A stretch of DNA of 64,000 bases, taken from positions 80,850,001 to 80,914,000 of the forward strand of contig NW_024704742.1 in assembly GCF_018977255.1 (NCBI RefSeq), read 5' to 3'. The notes below the pieces were generated by a model. It did not search any database and had not been told where the DNA came from. It saw only the letters and a program-made list of their open reading frames with translations. Position 1 is the stretch's first letter. Each line of letters begins with the position of its first letter. Positions 41,301 to 54,840 of this stretch are shown piece by piece. Both the position numbers and the translations under genes were made by a program. This DNA comes from Callorhinchus milii (lineage: Eukaryota).

Positions 41301-43511
41301 CAGCAAATACAGCTGTCACCGCTGTATAACTTATGCTTGGTGGGAATTGACTGCAACGTGAATGGCATTTCAAGTAAATGTATAACTTTAGGTTTGGTCT
41401 GCCTCATGTGGACGTAAAGGGATTTCTCAACCATTGCTGCTGGAAAGAAATGTAGAATCGTACTCCCAGTTATCCCGTATGAAAATTCTCCTCATCGTAC
41501 AAATTTAACCCAAATCCAAATGAATTGGCTTCTGCCCTCAATGTTGTTTACTGGACGACACTGATATAGATTTGCAGAGAGCCCAGCAAAGTGAAGAAGG
41601 AACTAAATGAGGTGGAACAGAATGAGAATTCTGTTAGAGAATTAGGTGAGAGTGGGAATTTGGTGCAGAGGGGGAAGGAGGTGCAGGTGAGAACTTGTTT
41701 CGATCTCTTTGTAAAGGAGAAACAGAACCAATGAGAGAGCTCAGTGCGGGAGTCTTTTCTGGGCCTGCGGGAGATCGGAGAGTGAAGTCAGGAGTAGAAA
41801 ACAGGACCTTGAAGATGGTAATCTTCGGATTGCTACCCAAGCCACGTGCAAATTGGCAGAGATAAAGTTTGATGTGAGAAGGAGGTGATCCATTTCATGG
41901 GACACTGGCACTAGTACTGGGACAGGAATGAGCTGTACTGCTGGGATGGGCTGCACATGAACAGGGCTGGGACTAAGGAACTAGAAGAACCTCAGGTAGT
42001 AAAGGCAACACATTTCTAGACTGTATTCAGGACAGCTTTTTGGAACAATATGTTTTAGAACCAACAAGGGAATAAGCCATACTGCATTTGATGAGTAATG
42101 AGCCAGAACGAGTTAACAATCCAACAGTAAGAGAACATCTTGCAAATAGTGATCATATATTAGATTTGAGAGGGAGAAGGGAGAGTCCCAAACTAAGGTT
42201 TTAAATTTAAGTCAGGCAAATTTCAATGGGATGAGAAATATATTGACCAAGGTAAACTGGGCTGAATTGTTAGTGAGTAAACCTGCAGATGAACAATGCA
42301 AAGTATTCAAAAAAGTATTTGATACAATACAGAACAAGTACATAGTCCTAAAATGCAAAAGCTCCAATAGTGTAGTTAAGCAACCATAGTGGACAAAAGA
42401 GGTTAGAGACTGTATCAAGCTAAAAGAAAAGGCTTACTCAAATGCAAGAAAAAGTGGGAATGCAGAGAACTGGGAGAACTGCAAAAGGCATCAAAGGAAT
42501 ACAAAGAAAGTAATAAGAGGAGCAAAAAGGGAGTCTGAAAAAAAACTTGCAAGGGATATTAAATCCAATAGCAAAAGCTTTTATAAATATACCAAAAGAA
42601 AGAGAATGAATGGTCAAGGGGAACGTGGGTTAAAGACAGATGTAGGTGAGACTATAACGGAAAATAAGGAAATGGCCGACTTGTTAATTAATATTCGCTA
42701 TTATTTTTACAGTAGAGGATGAGGACAAGTCAAAGAGAAATGCTTAATAAAATTTATATAAATAAAAAAAGGAAATGGAGAAAATAATCAGACTCAAGAT
42801 AGACAAATCTCCAAGACCTGATTGTTTCCACCTGTTAAAGGAATTATGAGACGAATTAGGAGAGGAAATTGCGGATGCATTCGTAATAATTTTCCAAATC
42901 TCACTAGATTCGGGAATTATGCCCTTAGCTTGGAAAATTGCGAATGTCACCCCTTTATTTAAGAAGAGAGGGAGACAGCAACCAGGAAACTACAGACCTG
43001 TCAGCTTAACGTTGGTTGTAGGGAAAATACTGGAATCCATCGTCAGGGACGATGAACAGGGAGTGACTGAACACTTGGACAGGTATGAGCTAGTCAAAGA
43101 GAATCAGCATGGGTTTGCGAAGGATAGGTCATGTCTGACTAATCTTGTTGAATTTTTTGAGGAGGTCACTAAAATGGTGGATAAAAGGGTATCTATGGAT
43201 ATTGGTTATAAGGATTTTCAGAAGGCATTTAATAACATTCCAAACAAAAGATTATAAACGAAAATGGAAGTGCATCAAGTCGATGGTAACCTTATGGTGT
43301 TGCTTGGTAATTAGTTGGGAGACAGGAATCAGAGAGTAGGGATAAAGGGACCATTCTCTGATTAGTAGATGTGACAAGTGGTGACCCCAGGGGTCTGTAC
43401 TGGGACCTCAGCTATTCGCCATATATAAATGACTTGGATGAAGGAATAGAAAGTTTTATATCCAAGTTTGCAGACAACACTAAGCTAGGAGGCTCAGTAA
43501 GTTGTGTAGAT

Positions 43512-43717
43512 CTAATAATAATCCCTCCAAAACAAAACAATAATAAATTGGTCATTTTCAATCTACGACTGTTTGTGGGACATTGCTGTGCGCAATTGGC
43601 TGCCGCGTTCGCCCACAAATATACAGTCAATTCACTTTACAGTGTGTTCTGTGAAGCGCTTTGGGACGTCCTCCCGACGTGAAAAGCGCTATATCAAATG
43701 CAAGGATTATTATTATT
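43512..43717 (+). mobile_element. 5'-truncated young SINE in CR1, TAGAT target-site duplication
   Basis: TAGAT at 43507-43511 and 43718-43722; body almost identical to 60004-60212. Confidence 0.9.
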
Positions 43718-44340
43718 TAGATGGGAGTAGGACGTTACAAAGGGACTTGGACAGATTAAGTGAGTGGGAAAAGCTGTGGCAGATGGGAGCTCAATGTAGG
43801 GAAGTGTGAAGTTACCCACTATGGACAAAAAAAATAAAGCAGAATATTTTCTTAATGGGGTGAAGTTAAGAACTGTGGAGGAGCAAAGGGATTTGGGTGC
43901 CCATATCCACAAATCACTAAAAACTAGTTCCCGGGTGCAAAAGTAATCAAAAAGGTGAATGGAATGTTTGCCTTTATCTCAAGAGGTCTGGAATACAAAG
44001 GGGAAGAAATGATGCTTCAGCCGTAGAGAGCGTTAGTCAGACCCCATCTGGAGACTGCGTTCAGTTTTGGGCACCACACCTGAAGAAAAATATATGGGCT
44101 CTGGAGGGGGTGCACCGCAGGTTCACCAGAATGTTACCAGGCCTAAAAGGGTTGTTACGAGGAAAGGCTGCGTAAACTTAGATTGTATTCCCTTGAGTTT
44201 AGAAAGTTCAGGGGTGATTTGATTGAGGTATTTAAGATAATAAAGGGATTTGATAGGGTAGATACAGAGAAGCAATTTCCTCTTGTGGGGGGAATCCGAA
44301 ATGAGGGGCATAGTCTTAAAACTAGAACCAGGCCATTTAG

Positions 44341-44690
44341 CAACAACAAGATTACATTTGTATGGTGCTTTTCATGTTGGGAGGACGTCCCAAGGCGCTG
44401 GAAAGAGTACAACATTTCAGACCCGAGCTGGGGTCAGGGGGGAGAAGGGAGGGGAGGGGAAGGGGGGTGACCAATGGCATGGTTGAAGAGGAGGGTCTTG
44501 AGGCAGGACTTGAAGGAGCCTAAGGAGGGGGCGAGGTGGAGTGATTGGGGGATGGAGTTCCAGAGGTTGGGGGCAGAGTGGCTGAAGGCTCTCCCACCAA
44601 TGGTGGGGCGGGTGGGTCGCGGGATGTGAAGCAGGCCAGAGCCAGCTGAGCAGAGGGAATGGGCGGGTTGGTAGAGGGTAAGGAGTGATT
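44341..44690 (-). mobile_element. L2 3' fragment inserted in CR1
   Basis: caacaacaagattacatttgtat tail; closely related to 49786-50150. Confidence 0.85.
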
Positions 44691-45955
44691 TTTACGATTT
44701 TAAGAGTGAAATCGGGAAGCATTTTTTCGCTCAAAGGGTGGTAGAAATCTGGAATTCTCACCTTGAAAAGGCCGTGGATGCTGGATCCATCCACACCTTC
44801 AAGAGTGTGGTTGATAGATTTTTGGTAGGTCAGGGTATTAAGGGATATGGGGAGAAAGTGGGAAATTGGAATTTAAAAGATTAGTTGAGGTACAGATCAG
44901 CCATGATCTAATTAAACGGTGGAACAGGCTCGATGGCCAACTCAATAGGTTCAGCATTGCCGACAGACAGTGAAGTAATAAACCCTAACATAGCAAGGTA
45001 GGAAAAAGGAAAACATAGTATAAAGCGTGCAACACTTTGGGGCCTTTCCTTTTAAGTTTTTACTTTATTTTAATTTTCTCGTGAAAAAAATTAAAAACCA
45101 TGAATTGAATTAGGAATTGAGGGGGTAAAACAGTCTACTATTTTTAAGGTGAACTCAGAGACCTCCATAATAATAATAAAACTTAAGTAAATAAATTTGC
45201 ATATTGATTTTGGAAAATGTTCACCTGGGTCTGAATTTACTTCATTCACATGGTATTTCAGAGCGTACAGAATTTGGCAAATTGTTGTATTCAGTCTTAA
45301 CTTTGAAGTCGGGTGCCTGAAGTTTATAATACAAACTTACAACAATCCAGCTATGAAATTAAGGTTGCCCTTAAGAATTTACCAAATCTTGAATTCAAAA
45401 ATGTGACACAAATGCAAAGTGCAAGTTGCTGCTGTTGTTTTTGTTATGTCTCACACAGGGTATCAATGGTTGATGTCAATAGAAATCTCTCACCTGGTTA
45501 TTAATAGATATCGCTCACACTGGATATTATTCAATATCAGTCTCAAGCCAGTCAGTATCATTCAGATACCCAGATTTTAGTTACTGCGCTATCAGGGTAA
45601 CTCACTTTCAGCTGAAGTCTACCTGAAATCATTCATTTTTAAACCCAATAAAGATCAGATGTTGGACAAAACTTTCAGTTTGGCCCTTTATGGGACTTCT
45701 CTCTTAATGGGCAATCAAGCCTTTGATAACGTTAGAGCAAGGAGTACCCACACTCACAGACATGGTGGGCTGAATGGTCTGCTTATGTGCTAAAGTTTCT
45801 ATGTGATCATATTTAGTGTTGTGAGAATTTCTAGTTGTCTTAACTGTTACTCAGCTGTATAGAGTTTGTATGTAAGTGCTTGGACATCAAGAATAAAGGC
45901 ATCTTTGCAGTGTTAATACAGGACCACAAAGTGGAGGTGAGATTCAGTGGCTTAC

Positions 45956-46087
45956 CTGAGCACTCAACGTTTCAAGTGGGCTTTCCACCCGAGGGAATGT
46001 CATCAATGGTAGTCCATGGGGGTCTTCAGGTTTAGGTTTAGGCGCGGTGGTCTGCAATCCTTTGAAGTTGTGAACAACACATATTCC
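45956..46087 (-). CDS. PLPPR1: PLPPR1 coding exon (C-tail)
   Basis: gtgccag|GGA...CAG|gtaagc; GICVVHNFKGLQTTAPKPKPEDPHGLPLMTFPRVESPLETLSAQ; 132 bp; translated by hand. Confidence 0.95.
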
Positions 46088-46294
46088 CTGGCACAAATGG
46101 GACATTTATGATAGCATTGGACTAAAAATATTTTGATTGCAAGTGAGGGGTGGGGAGGAAGGAAGGAAGAGGCAATCATTTTCCTAAGAAGGACCCTTGC
46201 AAGTCATAATGATTAATGACTTTATACAGTATATCTTGTGAAATGTGCTAGACTAAATGCAAAGATTATTATAATTATTATTATAATTAATTGT

Positions 46295-46726
46295 GTCCCC
46301 CATTCCACTAGCCGCTGTCTCTGCTCGGCTGTCTGGCCTCCTGCTCGGCCCTCTACTCGACCATCAGCAGCCATGCTTTCAGCTGCTTCACCCCAAAGCT
46401 TTAGAACTCTCTCCCCCAATCCCTCTGCCTTGCCCTCACTTTTCCTTCTTTTAAGTGACGAATGAAGGCCTTCCTCTTTGACTCTGTTTAAGGTCACCTC
46501 TTCCCTCCCCAGCGCTCTGAGACTCTGCCCTGCATGAATGGCACTATATAACAACAACAACAAACTTAACATTTGTATAGCGCCTTTCATGTCTGGAAGT
46601 CGTCCCAAAGCACTGGACAGTCAGGGATTCGCACCTGAGCTGGTGGTTGGCGTCAGGTGGGGTGCAGGGCGGGGATGGTAGGGGTAAAAGGGTGACCAAA
46701 GGCACGATCGAAGAGGAGGGTCTTGA
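46295..46726. mobile_element. two L2 3' fragments tail-to-tail (+ 46295-46548, - 46549-46726)
   Basis: L2 3' UTR motifs on both strands meeting at acaacaacaacaa. Confidence 0.7.
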
Positions 46727-47124
46727 AGTTATTGATGTTGGAGCTACTGTGCTTGAACATGGGAGGCAGGTGCACAAGGTCTCACAGTCTAGGCTGACAA
46801 TCCAGTGCATTACTAGACAGCACTGCATTCTCAGAGATGCTGCCTTTAGGATAGGATGTTAAACCGATCTACCATCTGCCTATATTTAGATTGAGATTGC
46901 AGCTCAATGGTGAAGCCAAAGGCTGTAGAGCTCATAAGGGACATGGAGAAGGCAGGTCAAGGCGTCTGAGAATCTGAAAGGGGACAGTAAATACATTTTT
47001 CTGCTCCTAAAATTTTGATGTTTGTACTTGCAATTTAAATTATTTGATCTAATTGACCTGTGTTTCTTTAATCTTTGACAGACTAGATCCAAGTCGCGTC
47101 ACACTTAAGTTGCAACAGACTTAC

Positions 47125-47301
47125 CAAAAACAGAGCTACTGTGGTGCCCAGGACAAAGCCTGCAATCACATCAGAGCAGTGGTTCCGGTACTCAGAGACG
47201 CGGTTTAGTCCTGTTAAAAAGGCAGCACAGAGTGCTCCCAAGCACAGGACCGGCTTTGCTAACCTGCTGCTTTTAGTCTTTATTGTGCTTGTGATGTACA
47301 T
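47125..47301 (-). CDS. PLPPR1: PLPPR1 coding exon (C3 region)
   Basis: tgtttcag|ATG...TTG|gtaagt; MYITSTIKTKSSRLAKPVLCLGALCAAFLTGLNRVSEYRNHCSDVIAGFVLGTTVALFL; 177 bp. Confidence 0.97.
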
Positions 47302-49785
47302 CTGAAACAGAACAGAGACACATCAGAAATTAACTGGATGGACATGTGTCCTGTAAGAAATAAATAACATGGCAATATGCAAGCAACATTAGGGAGGTTC
47401 GTGGAACCCTGATCTGGCTATTCGTCACTCACTCTATGGTTGTTTGTTGGTCATTCACTGGACCAACAGAAAAGTGCGGCTGCAGTTTTTCCACGGAAAA
47501 AACACCCCCTCCACTACTAACCTGTCCACAGTGTGCTAGGCCCTGTACCTCTCGCGCTGTTTGCTCGACGCTGCTACCGTGGGTGGAGCAGCTCTGGTTC
47601 CCCATGCGCGGCAGGGGGAGTGTTGAAATCGACTTTGCCCGGCGTCCGAGGCCTAAACTGGGCTCCTGCGACCAATTCTTGGTAAGTGCTGTACTATTCA
47701 AATTAACATTTTTATTATTTTAAACATAGCTACATGTTCAGGAAATATATGCCTATAGTTTTAATCTGAGTTGTTTCACAAAATGCGTCTCTCCGTAGCA
47801 TCAATCAATCCTCCACAATTAACTGGAAAATTTCTCCCCAATTCTCCGCAAAATTTGTCAAATGCCCCGCAATGTTTGGCAAATATTTCCACACTTTTTC
47901 TTTGGTCCAGATCATTGCTCTGCACAACGGGCTGTCGGGTTTCACCCACAAAAGGCACAGTCAATCCACTTTGCAGGATATTCTGTGAAGCGCTTTGAGA
48001 CATCTCAACAACGTGATAAGGCGCTATATTAAATGCAAGGATTATTATTTATTATTATTATCTGAGACTCAATAATCCTCCTTTGGAACACTCACTTACT
48101 CTAATTGTAAGGTGGATATAAAGGATAGCAGATATTATTCTACAAATACACTGTTCATCTTTTGTTTGGATCTTTTACTCAAATATTGTGATCCAGTGAA
48201 AAGTACAGTCGTACAATAAGAAGTGAACTTTGCATTCATATTAAGAAACAAACACAAGTTGACCGCTAGCGGGCACTAAGCACATACAGTTTGATCATTT
48301 CCCAACAGAGCTTCTGAAAATTGTTAGTGTGAGCATCTTTGAAGTATAAATATGAACTCTGCCCCAAGGGATCTAAGGATTGAAATTCCAGTGTTTTTAC
48401 CTGGAAGGCACTGATGATTTTTTAAGTAAAGAGTGTGATTTTTTTTTAACATGGGAATATTAAGGCAACCCCGGTTCACCACATGAATACTCGTTTCTGG
48501 AGTGTGCATAAGTCAACACCAAAGAACAGCCTCCAATACATTCAAACATTTTGCAATGCTGATGTAACACCAGAATTTTGATCTGTTATATTTACTAATT
48601 CGCTAACAGTGATGTTTGGAGACGTCTGAAAATGCAGGAAGTCCATGACATGTTCATGAGGACAGCAAGGATGTGGAGTTTAACCTCATAGAAAGAAACT
48701 TGTTTAAGTCCACATCATAAATATTAAAGTAAAACCTTAAACTGCAATTTGTTTATTAATCCATCTCCAAGATATATTTTAGTCTAATTATTTTCAAATA
48801 CAGACATCATTTTATCAATGGCTCTTCTGTGCTCTTTTAGCGTTAATCATGTCATTGCAGCACAGTGAGATGAAGCGAGATTATCAGTTGGGTTTATCTT
48901 GATCCAATTGATTCACTGAAGGATGCAATTTGTCCTCAAGGTTACACCTATTTACTGTATAGAAACATTGGATTGTCTCCCAAAGTCTACAGTAAGACAG
49001 GCATCACTCATCAAGTGAGGGCATGAGAAGGAAATGACTTCATGAAAAGTAAGGTTTAAAACAGTAATTGTTTCACAACCAAATCAAAACCATTTCATTA
49101 AATGTCAAACATTCATTTAAACCACGGTCATGAGCAGCAAAATCAATCTTATACTGCCTGACGTTCCAATAACATGCTTGTGTTTAATTCTGAGTGTGAT
49201 TCTAACTGGGGTTTATTAATGTAGAATGCAAAAAGGAGAAACATGAGTTTCTCTGCACTGCCTCCAGGATGCGTGTTAAATATTAAATATTGCTGTGTTT
49301 CCATTTAATATGAAACAATATATTCTCTACCACGTGACATGCCTCTGAATGATGAATAAATGAAATAATTAGCTGAGACAAGACTTTGGTAATATTATTC
49401 CACCAAGCTGTAGAAGTTATACACTGCTGTGAGGATTTTGAAATCCAATAAAATATGTGGAAACTAATATTTTCCATTAATTCCTGTCATCCCTCTTTAT
49501 TGTCCTCTGCTACCTTTTTACTCTGTAGGTTTGCCATTCATAGACGGACCACAGTGTGAAAGGAGAGTCTTATCCCTCTTGGATCACTTCCTCCACTGGA
49601 TTGACCTCTGGTGTTGCCAATGCTGCGGGGAGTAAATGTCTAACAGTGAAAACAACAATGTGATGAATGTGTAGAACTTTCTGTAATTTGTTCCCGGCAT
49701 TCCCGCCACCACGTCCCCCACTCCTGATTCTGCTACTTTTGTTTAAGTAGCGCAAACTTAGGAAAAGACTGTTTCAAATGTATTG

Positions 49786-50150
49786 CAGCTCTGCGACCTC
49801 CTAACCCCCTATCAACCCGCCCGTTTCCTCCGCACAACCGGCTCTGGCCTGCTCCACGTCCCGACCCACCAGCCCCATCATTGGCGGGAGAGCCTTCAGC
49901 CACTCTGCCCCCAACCTCTGGAATTCCATCCCCCAATCACTCCTCCTCGTCCCCTCCTTAGCCTCCCTCAAGTCCCGCCTCAAAACCCTCCTCTTCGACC
50001 ATGCCATCGGCCACCCCCCTTCCCCTCCCCTCCCTTCTCCCCCCCTGAACCCTGGTCGGGTTTGAAATGCTGTTCACTGTCCAGCTCCTTGGGACATCCT
50101 CTCGATGTGAAAGGTGCTGTACAAATGTAATCTTGTCGTTGCTGTTGCAG
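49786..50150 (+). mobile_element. L2 3' fragment
   Basis: LCDLLTPYQPARFLRTTGSGLLHVP and gggacatcctctcgatgtgaaaggtgctgtacaaatgtaa tail. Confidence 0.85.
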
Positions 50151-51072
50151 CTACACCGAATTCAGCATTATTGTATACTGATATCTTTCCTTACATCACA
50201 CTCAATGTATTATACTCTGTTATTCCGCCACTTACACCACACTTCCCTCTGATACAAGTTGTTGTTTACCTTACTTTACCTGCCACTCTGAGCTCATCCT
50301 CACTCTGGAACCTTTTTCTATTTCATGAGTTATTTGATGAAGTGTTACACTGCACTTGGGGCCCTCAGTTATGTCAGTTATGTTAGAACCTTGTTAATTT
50401 TCTTATGTTTCAGCGTTCAAGTTCCCCCTATGATCTCACCCCATTTAAACTCTGCAACTTCCTACAACCCTCCCGACACAGTTGCTCCTTTTGCTCAACA
50501 AGCACCGGCTCCCACCTCCCATCTTCTCACCCACAACGGTGGGCAACATTTTCAACCTCTCTCTTCTTCCATCTTTCCTCTCCTCACGCCCTTCAGCTCC
50601 CACCGTCTTTATGGTCGGCCAACAAAATAAATTTCTTGATTGAATATTTCTTGATATATTCCATAAATAAATGCAGCACTGCTTTAAAACTATGCCTGCT
50701 TATTCTACTGTCTTGGTGCAACCTACAGTTGCAAGAGATAATTTCAGGAGACACCAGGAAGTTTTCCTTTACCCGGGGGATAATTCTCGAATGGAACAGG
50801 TTGTGAGTAAGGGTAGTTAAAACCAGGATATTTAATTCATTTAAAAAAGCAGCTTGAAGCTGAGATGATACGATGGTCTGGTGGGTTTTCTGGAGGGATA
50901 CGATCAGATGGGCCGAAACATACGCTTCATCCAAACTAATCTTGTGATCCTAAAGAGTGACCTGATGTGAGAAGCACAGCCAAAAGGCTATGATGGCATA
51001 GCAATGTGGGTTAATTAGTGAGAAGGTGGCTTTGTATATTTGAGCCCTGTTATGGTGAAACAGAGCACCTAC

Positions 51073-51323
51073 CGTCGCATACAGAGCAGAGTACACGCTC
51101 AACGCCGCATCCTTGGATGGAAAGGATCGTCGAGCCAATGCAACAACATCAGGATCCCCAGTGCAAATGGTTTCACCAGTTATGAAGCGAGTGTGGGAAC
51201 GGCAGTCAGATCCTGTGTAATTGGGTTTGCAAACAGTAATGAAGTACGGTGTCAGGCTTCCTGTGACCACTTGGCCTGCGTTCACAAATATGTCGGTAGC
51301 AAACAAGCCGAAGGCAAATACAC
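51073..51323 (-). CDS. PLPPR1: PLPPR1 coding exon (PAP2-like C1/C2 region)
   Basis: ccgacag|GT...ACG|gtaggt; GVFAFGLFATDIFVNAGQVVTGSLTPYFITVCKPNY...RRSFPSKDAALSVYSALYAT; 251 bp. Confidence 0.97.
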
Positions 51324-51717
51324 CTGTCGGAATGAAGAAGAAAAACATTTAGGAATAGACGACTTGTAGTGTTGTCTGTAGTTTCAGATATAACTGCAAC
51401 AACTGCTCTCCAAACATGAAACATGCCATATAATTGTAAAATTGTTGTACAGTAAAACTCACATAAGTTATCTTTATAAATCGTACAATCACCTAAGAAG
51501 TACCTGCAACCGAATCCCATTCAGTTTTCTATCAAAACCACTCACATTTCTTTGCACTAGTTGTACTAATCCTCTCCTAACTTGTAACACCGCTACTTTA
51601 TCCTTCATTACTCCTGCACTTATCTATTGAGTCACAGGAAACAGAGTCTTGATCCGTCAGGACATGTGTACTTACTGACTGCAGTGACAAACTACCTCGT
51701 GCACTTACCAGCTTCAT

Positions 51718-52197
51718 TCCTGATACCAGGAATGGGGAAGCTTAGCTATGAGGACAGGCTGGAAAAGTTAGGACTTTTCCCATTAGAGCAGAGAAGGTTA
51801 CGCGGGGACCTGATAGAGGTCTTCAAGATCATGAAAGGTTTCGACAGGCTAGATAAGGGAAAAGCTGTTTCCGCTGGTAGGTGTGTCTGTGACTCGTGGT
51901 CATAGTCTTAAGATATCTACCAAAAGAAGCAGAGGGGAGGTTAGAATTTTTTTTTACACTCAGTGAGTTGTTAGAATTTGTAATGATCTGCCTGAAAGGG
52001 CAGTGAAGTCCGATTCGATAACAGCTTTTAAGAGAGAACTGGATAGGTATCTGGAGAAGACAGGTTTGCAGGGTTATGGGGAGAAAGCTGGTGAGTGGGG
52101 TTAATAAAAGTCAGTTGCTCTGTCGAAGAGCCGGCACAGACTCGATGGGCCGAATGGCCTCCTTCTGTGCCGTAACATTCTATGATTCTATGATTCA
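51718..52197 (+). mobile_element. young CR1 3' fragment, same subfamily as 5221-6570
   Basis: Very close reverse-complement match to 5225-5690; tail attctatgattctatgattc. Confidence 0.92.
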
Positions 52198-54619
52198 TTG
52201 AATTACACATGTGGAGTGTAGATTATTGATTAAATTGGATTTTATACGATTTATACAGTTTGCCTGCAACTCAGACTTCACTTAAGTCATATTAAAATTA
52301 TTAAATGTTATGTTCCCGACTGATACAACTTATGGTGAGTTTTACTGTCTTGGGGAGTTCTGGATTGTCGGAGCTTCAGTGTTTCGGATGAAATTCTTGA
52401 GAAATCTACTTTAAGTGCAAGTGCAAGATGCAACCAAGTTGAGTTGGCAGGACGAGATTAATAAAGAAGTAGTGTTGGGTGTTTTGCCAGGGCAGAGCCT
52501 CTCCGTGTCGTAGATTGGAATGGGAAGTCATCCAGGCAGGTTCTGACTGCTGCTGACTGCTACAACAAGCCTGAGTGCTACTTAGCCGGTTTCACCCATC
52601 TGCCCAAAGTGGATGTCGGGATGACACAAGATTTCATTTTAAACACAGGAACAGATTTCTCAATTCAGCTGCAACAATCATCCCACTGAGAGCAGTCCGA
52701 CAGTCACCAGTACAGCTACCAACACGGACCGTGTGACAGGCAAGCCCAATTACACACTGTTGATTCTAATGTAACTCCAAGCCTATCAGTAACCTGATAA
52801 ACAAACACTGACCTCAAGGTTGCTAATATGAAGTCATGTGCAGCCAACGCTACCTAATAGTCTGCTAAATCCCATCAGATATCAGCCACAACCTGTCCAC
52901 AGCAAATTGAACAGCCTGTGGCATCAAGCACTCATGCAACATTCATCAAAAGGCATAAAACAGAGGTAACAATCTAGTGCTGCAAACATCCGAAGCAAAA
53001 ATCTGGTTCTTCTGGTTGGTTTACACTGAGGAAATGGTTCCTGTAGTAATTTGGAAAAATTGTAATATCTTTTGAAAGACTTATTTTTCCCAATTAAAAT
53101 AACAGAAGAACAATAATGTGAACATCAGTGAAGTCTCAACACTGATATTCTCGGAAGTGAGGTGCCCTGAATACTCGTGTGAGGATTCAGGCAAAGAGTT
53201 CCCCCTGACATGAAAGGCATTGTATCAAAGGCAAGTTTTTTTTTCTGTCACGTTCAAATACCCCAGTGGCTGTTCCTGGCCATTCACCTACACACAGCAC
53301 AATGATTCAGTTAGCAGTGCAGGGGCTGCTCTCCTGCTCTGGAAACCACAACCCAGTGCCTTCATTGCAAGCTTTGCAACAGCTAAGCCTTCTCTAACCT
53401 CCAGTAGCTTCATAATATTGATGCAGCTAAGAGCAGGAGAGACCCAGGGGTAAGAGTGTCACTTTTTATTTGGGCTTAGCTGCAGCAACTTGGCTCTGGC
53501 TGAATGGTTAGATGCTTATGCCACAAATCCTTTTAGAACAGTTGAATTAACAATGTAAGATCCCACTTTAATGAAAATAATTCAGCACTGCTCTCATGGG
53601 AAATGTAGCCAAAGTTTCATAGAACACACTGACGTAAACCACATCAAGTACTGAAAGGCCTTTAGCTGACAACATTAAGATGTCACTTAAGCAAACAAAC
53701 GCAGAGTTCTGAGAATGGGGAATTGGAAGATAAATTAGTAATCTACAGGGTACGGCATTATGAAAAGGATCTGGTTAAAAAGAGTAAAAACATGATCACT
53801 GATGTATAGCTTAAACCTACAACCATTCTGCCTTCCGCTCTGTAACTCCATGTCAGATTCCCTCTGAATCGCTCTCTCTCCTCTTTCAAGGTATATCTGA
53901 AAAGATATCTCTTATTATTCCCCTCCCACCACTCTCAGTTCCTACCCTGAACTCGGGTGCCCCATTCAGCACTGTGAAGCTCTTTGAGATGACCCCGATC
54001 GCCCCCCCACCACCCAACGTAAAAGACACCATATCAATTATGCTGTATGGTATTGTGAAGGGATAGAGCAGAAGTCACAATAAGCGATAGTCAGCTTCCA
54101 ACTAATGCTTTCCCCCACCTGTGTTAGTTCTTTCTGAAAGCACCGTCAACGAGATACACTTTAAAATGTACCTGAAAAGAGGCAAGAAGGTAAGGAGCAA
54201 ATCAGAGGAACCTGAGAATGGTGTTTATAACTCCAGTTCTCCCAGTCGCTCATCAAGATAAGCCCTTCTCCCAAGGTATTAATCTCGTGAACCATCACTG
54301 GACACTCTCCAAGGCTAGTATAATAAAAACTATCATTAAGACACTCTACTCATGTGAACCACGATTGATTCTTTCATTACATGATCATTCTTCCCGAGAG
54401 ACAGATAAAGTTTCTGAAGGAACATTACATTCACTATCTTTATGTAAGATCTCTCGTTGATTTATATAGTAGGGTCAGAAGTGTGGTGTGCTGTTCTCAT
54501 CCTGCCACTGAAAGAATTCTCCGTACCCTCACCATCCAATTAACACTTCCCCTCCAAATACATGTACTTGTGAACTGTTTACCACCCAAAAATCAAGGCA
54601 AGTTTTTAAAATAACTCAC

Positions 54620-54752
54620 CAATAAATCTAATTATTCTTCGGAAAAGTGGGCTCAGGTAACAGCACTCTCCTGTTACGATTGTCTTCTCTTGAAGGAGGA
54701 GGTTTTCCCTGGTTGTTTTTATAAAATACATCGATATCTCACCAATAAAAAT
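54620..54752 (-). CDS. PLPPR1: PLPPR1 coding exon
   Basis: ttttgcag|ATT...ATTG|gtgagt; IFIGEISMYFIKTTRENLLLQEKTIVTGECCYLSPLFRRIIRFI(G); 133 bp. Confidence 0.96.
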
Positions 54753-54782
54753 CTGCAAAAAATTAAAAAATACATATGATGC

Positions 54783-54840
54783 ATACACATACATAAAACA
54801 AACACACACACAAACACACACCAACACATGGACACGCACA
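54783..54840. repeat. imperfect (CA)n/(TG)n microsatellite
   Basis: acacacacacaaacacacaccaacacatggacacgcaca. Confidence 0.75.

Larger units (their letters stand above)
41780..44940 (+). mobile_element. long degenerate CR1 LINE (ORF1 esterase remnant, EN C-terminus, RT, 3' end) with nested SINE and L2 insertions
   Basis: DGLHMNRAGT near 41945; EHLANSDH near 42135; WKIANVTPLFKK...NYRPVSLT, NQHGFAKDRSCLTNL, KFADN; 3' end gatcagccatgatc. Confidence 0.88.
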
